NCBI GenBank assembly: GCA_038087875.1
Contig: JAXLNO010003758.1
Coordinates: 1-64,000, forward strand
DNA length: 64,000 bases
Source: Malacoraja senta
Lineage: Eukaryota
Direction of reading: 5' to 3'
This document shows, piece after piece, positions 58,843 through 64,000 of the stretch. A model generated the notes under the pieces. It searched no databases, was not told where the DNA came from, and saw nothing but the letters and a program-made list of their open reading frames with translations. Numbering within the stretch: the first letter of the stretch is position 1; every line of letters begins with the position of its first letter. A program made the translations under genes and the position numbers.

Positions 58843-61119
58843 AATATGTGAATGCTTCATTGAGCATAATTCCGAATGGTACCTACGCACTTCGTCCGAG
58901 CACATTATCGCACGGGTCATGCAAACCGTCTTCAATGACCACCTAAACTGTCATTTGGCAACCTAAAAAGCTGTCAAGGTTGCCTGGCTGGCAACAGGGG
59001 AAAAAAGTTAAGTGAGAGCCCTGTGCAGTATAATATAGATAATTGTGAGGTTATCCACTTTGGCGGCAAAAACAAGGGAGCAGATTATTATCTCAATGGG
59101 GTTAGGTTAGGTAAGGGGGAGGTACAGCGAGACCTGGGTGTCCTTGTACACTGAAAGTTGGCGTGCAGGTACAGCAGGCAGTGAAGAAAGCTAATGGAAT
59201 GTTGGCCTTCATAACAAGAGGATTTCAGTACAGGAGTAAAAAGGTTCTTCTGCAGTTGTATAGGGCTCTGGTGAGACCACATCTGGAGTATTATGTACAG
59301 TTTTGGTCTCCTAATTTGAGGAAGGACATCCTTGTGATTGAGGCAGTGCAGCGTAGGTTCACGAGATTGATCCCTGGGATGGCGGGACTATCATATGAGG
59401 AAAGATTGAAAAGACTAGGCTTGTATTCACTGGACTTCAGAAGGATGAGGGGGATCTTATAGAAACATAAAATTATAAAAGGACTGGACAAGCTAGATGC
59501 AGGAAAAATGTTCCCAATGTTGGGCGAGTCCAGAATCAGGGGCCACAGTCTTAGAATAAAGCGGAGGTCATTTAAGACTGAGGTGAGAAAAAAACGTTTT
59601 CACCCAGAGAGTTGTGAATTTATGGAATTCCCTGCCACAGAGAGCAGTGGAGGCCAAATCATTGGATGGATTTAAGAGAGAGTTAGATAGAGCTCTAGGG
59701 GCTAGTGGAGTCAAGGGATATGGGGAGAAGGCAGGCACGGGTTATTGATGGGGGACGATCAACCATGATCACAATGAATGGTGGTGCTGGCTCGAAGGGC
59801 CGAATGGCCTCCTCCTGCACCTATTTTCTATGTCTACGTTTCTATGTTTCTTATCAGTCGGAGGGAAGGATAGTCCTTCACAGTTGTGTCTGGGTTCTTA
59901 TCTGTTGCAATCTTGCATTACAGCTGCTCTTGGTCATTATGTTTAGCAGCCAGGTCTCGCAAAGGTTAACAAATTGCCACTTTTACAAGGGGATTCCATT
60001 TGGTGGGGGAATCTGGCCATTTATGGCATCCACAGGTGAGATAAGTGGGTGGGAGAATTGCAAACAACAAGAAAGGCAAGATTTAAGTCAACTTTGGGGA
60101 GACGTTGATTAATGATTGTTTATTTCAACTCCACAAGTAACCATTGTGTCATGAGGGTATAAGAATCCTACAGTTATTGTAGGATTTTGAAGTAGTTTGA
60201 GTTTGCTCACACTGCTTCCCGATGTATTTTGCTGAGGCCTTTGTTAAACTGACATGCTAGATAGACTCGCCACTGATCTATGAGTTTTTTCAATTTGTGT
60301 CTGTGCCTATCTGAGTAAAGTCAGATATAGACTATGGGTAAAGTACAAAATGCCCTCTAACAGAAGGTCTTTGTATCCTCAGCATCCTTCATAGTTTGTT
60401 ATAGTGGAAGGCGTGTTTATAGCTTTTTATATCTATTTTACCGGTATCATTGGATTTGTTCTGCAAATTAATACTAGTTATTTTTTAATGCATTCAAACC
60501 AAATATACTTTAATATTCCTTAATCAACTCAAATTATACCCATTATTATCATAAGCAATGACAGACATCCAGGATTAGGTGCTTTGCTGAATATTGCACA
60601 AAATAGCATGACTAAATCTGTATTTTGTCTAATAGTTTAAATGTAAGCTGTAAGCTTTCATGTTTGTTTATATTTCCTGCAATAATATTGTCTGTGGGGA
60701 ACAAAAGCTTTAAATATTGGCTTATATTCTTATTTCAAAAACTGCTCTTTCACAAAGTTGCATTTTATTATTCTCTTGAATAATAGAATATTGCACTAAC
60801 TAACTGGATTTATCATTTTTTTAAGATGACAAGATGAAGCTTGTATTTTTCAGTTTGAAGCCTCTGCTTGTTTTTGGTTATGTTGAGCTTTTAGAGGATT
60901 AAGTTGCTCCTGACATAATTTTACTGGCGTGCTGCAAGTCATACTGAGCTCGGGCATTGTGGAAGAGCACATGGATGCTTGTACAGAACTGTAATATTGC
61001 TAAGTTTTAATGTTTGACAGCAGGAAGTGGCCTGCCTCAGTCAGAGTATTGAGTATAGTTGGGAGGTCATGTTGCAGTTATATAAGATGTTGGTGAGGCT
61101 GCCTTTAGAGTATAGACTT

Positions 61120-62340
61120 CCAGTGGCGCTATGGAGGAATAGAGGTCCGCGCCAGCTAGCTCCACGCAAAATTGTTTGAAAACGGGGAGAAAAGAACGGG
61201 ACTGACCCGCTGATAACACTCTGGCTGCTTGCAACGAGTGAGTGACGTCATCAGGCGAGCGACTCCGGCGGTATGTCTGTCTAACATACCCCCCCACCCC
61301 CAAGACGAAAAGCCCAACCGTGAAGCCCAAGGACTGAAGTCTCAGTCGGACTAGGCCCGACTGAAGCCTCGGGCTCAGTTTTAGCGTCGTCCCAGGAAGA
61401 TGTTTCAAAGAAGACAAAAGTCGAAAAAAACAGAAATAGAGGAACTTCGAAGTTTTCTCTCACAAGAAATTGCAAGTATAAAGGAACAATTGAAAAGTTT
61501 TAAAGAAAAACTGAACTTTAAAGAAGAACTGCAATCCTTTAAAGAATAAATGAAAGAAGAAATTACAAACTCTGTTCATGAAGTGTTGGAAGCCTGGAAG
61601 ATAACAATGGAAGAAAATCTTACTCTACAGATCGAAGAGGTAAATGTTAAAATAAATTCGATGGAATCCAGCTTTAATTCTAAGTTGGATACCATCATCC
61701 AGACATTAAATCAACAAAATACAGCTATAACTCAATTAGAGGATATTGCTGAGACAGGTGCCGAAACTACAAAAAAGCTTCTCTCCGAGAACAAGCGTTT
61801 ATCAGACTCATTGAGTAAAATAACTGAAAAATGTATTGACTTGGAGGGACGTCAGAGACGACAAAATTTAAGAATTGTGGGCGTCCAGGAAGGCAGAGAG
61901 GGGAGCCGTGACCTCCGTGAATTTTCTGCAGACATTACAAAAAGTCTTAAATCTTGATCAAAAACCCCTACTAAGTCGGGCACACAGAGCACTGGGACGC
62001 CGCCCAAGGGCGGACGCCCCCCCAAGACAACTGATAGTGAAGGTGCAATATGGCCATGTTTTGGATAATATGATGAAGAAAATTGTTCGCAACAGAGATC
62101 TCCTATCTGAAGGAGACAAGATCAGTATATTTAGAGATTATCCTGTGGAGGTCACCAGGAAGTGAGCGCTGTTTACAGAGACAAGAAGAATACTTAAGAA
62201 TATACAAGATCTGAGATTATGGACTGATGTATCCCGCAACACTGAGTTACCTACAAGAGGAAGGAATATTTCTTCACTGACCACAAGGAAGCACTTGATT
62301 TCGCCCTGGACATTGAGAATAAGACCGATGATTGAACAAT
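61120..62340 (+). mobile_element. L1 LINE 5' UTR and ORF1 remnant, truncated by an ERV LTR
   Basis: Coiled coil followed by DLEGRQRRQNLRIVGVQEG (61550-61957), then RAHRALG...PRQLIVK...ISIFRDY (61875-62165): L1 ORF1p RRM/CTD motifs. Confidence 0.88.
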
Positions 62341-62343
62341 ACT

Positions 62344-62873
62344 TGTGAGATTCAAAATCACAAACGCTTTTAGAGACAAAGTCGGGAAAGAAGCTTTTTA
62401 TTCAAATCATATTCTGCAGAATAGGTGCCTCTCCTCTGATGTCCCCTAGAGGCACACCGAGGATCGGGATGTCTTCTATCTTTATACATTTCATGGGTAT
62501 CATTGTCACACCCTCATCCCTCCCCATTGTGCTTCTTCCAATCATAACATAAAGCCCACATTCCCACGAGAACGTCCTGGAACGTCCACCCGACGTCAAA
62601 GACACCTCCCATATCATGCATCGCATGTGCATTTAAATGGGACATCTTGTAATAGTGGGTGTGTGTACATATTCATGTAAGTTCATTGCCCATGCGCACA
62701 GAGTGTTTCTTATGACCCTTACCCTAGTTCTATCCTGGACGGTCTCCTTATCTTCTCTGTTCTCATCCTTGAAAAAGTCACCATCTGTGCTCGTTCTTCA
62801 CTCCCCCTATCCTCCCTACTATACAAAGGGTTCTTGTCTAAATCAACTTATACCTATTAACCCCTTCCTCACA
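62344..62873 (-). mobile_element. ERV 3' LTR
   Basis: Termini TGTGAG...CTCACA; preceded by a purine-rich AAAAGTAAAAGTGTGGAT PPT-like tract; internal TATAAA and AATAAA. Confidence 0.75.
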
Positions 62874-62979
62874 ATCCACACTTTTACTTTTGCTACTGCA
62901 ATCTTTGATTTAGACTATCTGCCCCTTCTCTAATGCTAGCAGCAGAATCTTCGCCTCCTTATCTTCCTCTCGCTGGTCA

Positions 62980-64000
62980 TACTTTGTTTTAAATAGGCAC
63001 AGCAACCCCATCATAACTACCACTGATGTTAGGGCTGATGTAAAGATGTGCTTCCATTTCCCAAACCAGGAGTCTAGCGGTCCAGGAGGTGTCTACTCCG
63101 GAGTTCTCGGGCAATTCGATAGACAGGGAGGTGAGACCTGCTAGGGCTCTCGATACTGACCCATCAGGAGCAGTGTTGTTGGGGATGAAGGTGCAACATT
63201 GTTCCCCAAACATTACACACACCCCTCCCTTCTCAGCCAGTAGCATGTCTAAGGCCATGCGATTTTGCCAGGCCATTAGGCTGGTATCTGTCAGTTGTTC
63301 CGCTAATCCTTCAACCGCATCTCGAGTGTAATTTATAAAGCGTTGTTGATTGTAGTATAGGTAGTTGATCCAGTCCACATTTTTATTAAGTGTGGACCAC
63401 CAGAAGAGTATGGACTCAAAGCCCACAGCTATCTGGTTTCTGGCTTTGAATTCATCGGGTACCCCTCTTGGCACCCCTATCGCATCTATATATATGTGTG
63501 TGTTGAAGTGTCTGTCCTTCGGCCCTTTGTATTGTTGTTGCTAGCCGGGAATAGGTAATGATAACTCTGGCAGGTCGCATCCTTTGGTAGGATGGGATTC
63601 GTGAATAGCTGTAGTATACATGACATAGCCCCAGGTGTCCTATCCCAATTCAAGGGAAATGGTTCTGGAACCAGCTGAGGCTTAGCTCCGGCACAGGCGT
63701 AGCAATTGGTGTGTTGCATACTCCTGGCCGTGTACATCATCCAGGCAAGCCAGGTGTTGGCTCCCTTCCCTCCTGTAGGTATTCCCTCCTCATATAATTG
63801 CCTTAATTCTGTTTCTCCTGCTACTATCATTATCTTCAAATCCTTAGGCTCATTCTCCCTGTTCTATCTGCACATATCCAATACCTACCACTTTCCTGCA
63901 TTTGAACACTCTGTATGCTTACATAGTTGGGTAACCACCCAACACACGACCCACCAACACGAAATCTTCATTTTTCCCCGCGGGTTCTTGTTAAATATTA
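62980..64000 (-). pseudogene. env: Endogenous retrovirus env (gamma-type TM, fish/epsilon-like), frameshifted and internally deleted; runs off the window end
   Basis: HIYIDAIGVPRGVPDEFKARNQIA..., immunosuppressive domain WQNRMALDMLLAEKGGVC and CX6CC (CVMFGEQCC) in 62989-63474; SU motifs NTWLAWMMYTA...NCYACA in 63486-63839. Confidence 0.9.

Larger units (their letters stand above)
56877..59023. mobile_element. hAT-like non-autonomous DNA transposon carrying nested inserts
   Basis: Termini CAGGGCT...AGCCCTG, duplicated TGCAG on both flanks, GGCAAC subterminal motifs. Confidence 0.65.
55980..59835 (+). mobile_element. CR1 copy (55980-56876 and 59024-59835) split by a TIR element
   Basis: CR1 sequence GCAGATGCAG|TATAATATAGAT is interrupted and resumes at 59024; ORFs 56324-56578, 56733-57038 and 59163-59462. 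Confidence 0.88.

Overview
Repeat-saturated genomic window from a cartilaginous fish, most likely a skate or ray, judged from the IgW/IgX-type VH sequence. The host-gene content is a minus-strand IgW (IgX) heavy-chain cluster. It has a leader and a V already joined to J in the germline with no RSS, inactivated by three frameshifts (22470-22947). It also has an intact CH1 exon (14880-15188) and a downstream C-domain exon (3838-4154). That C exon lies in a ~5.8-kb block repeated in inverted orientation at ~37.4-43.2 kb, and the two exon copies carry different frameshifts. Most of the rest is nested mobile DNA: many CR1 LINEs, Rex1/Babar-type and Tx1 LINEs, an L1 ORF1, and a full-length decayed DIRS1 element with ITRs and ICR. 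There are also a CsRN1-type gypsy LTR+gag, an ERV env+LTR, a solo LTR, and Harbinger- and hAT-like elements. About ten short Penelope-type elements carry minimal hammerhead-ribozyme motifs. Less obvious signals are Tc1/mariner-type TACTGTA footprints shared by one CR1 sublineage, a compact CpG-rich promoter with an ATG exon at ~43.35-43.57 kb, and a histone-H1-like fragment. All calls come from reading the sequence; no database searches were run, and repeat boundaries are approximate unless a TSD or terminal repeat is cited.
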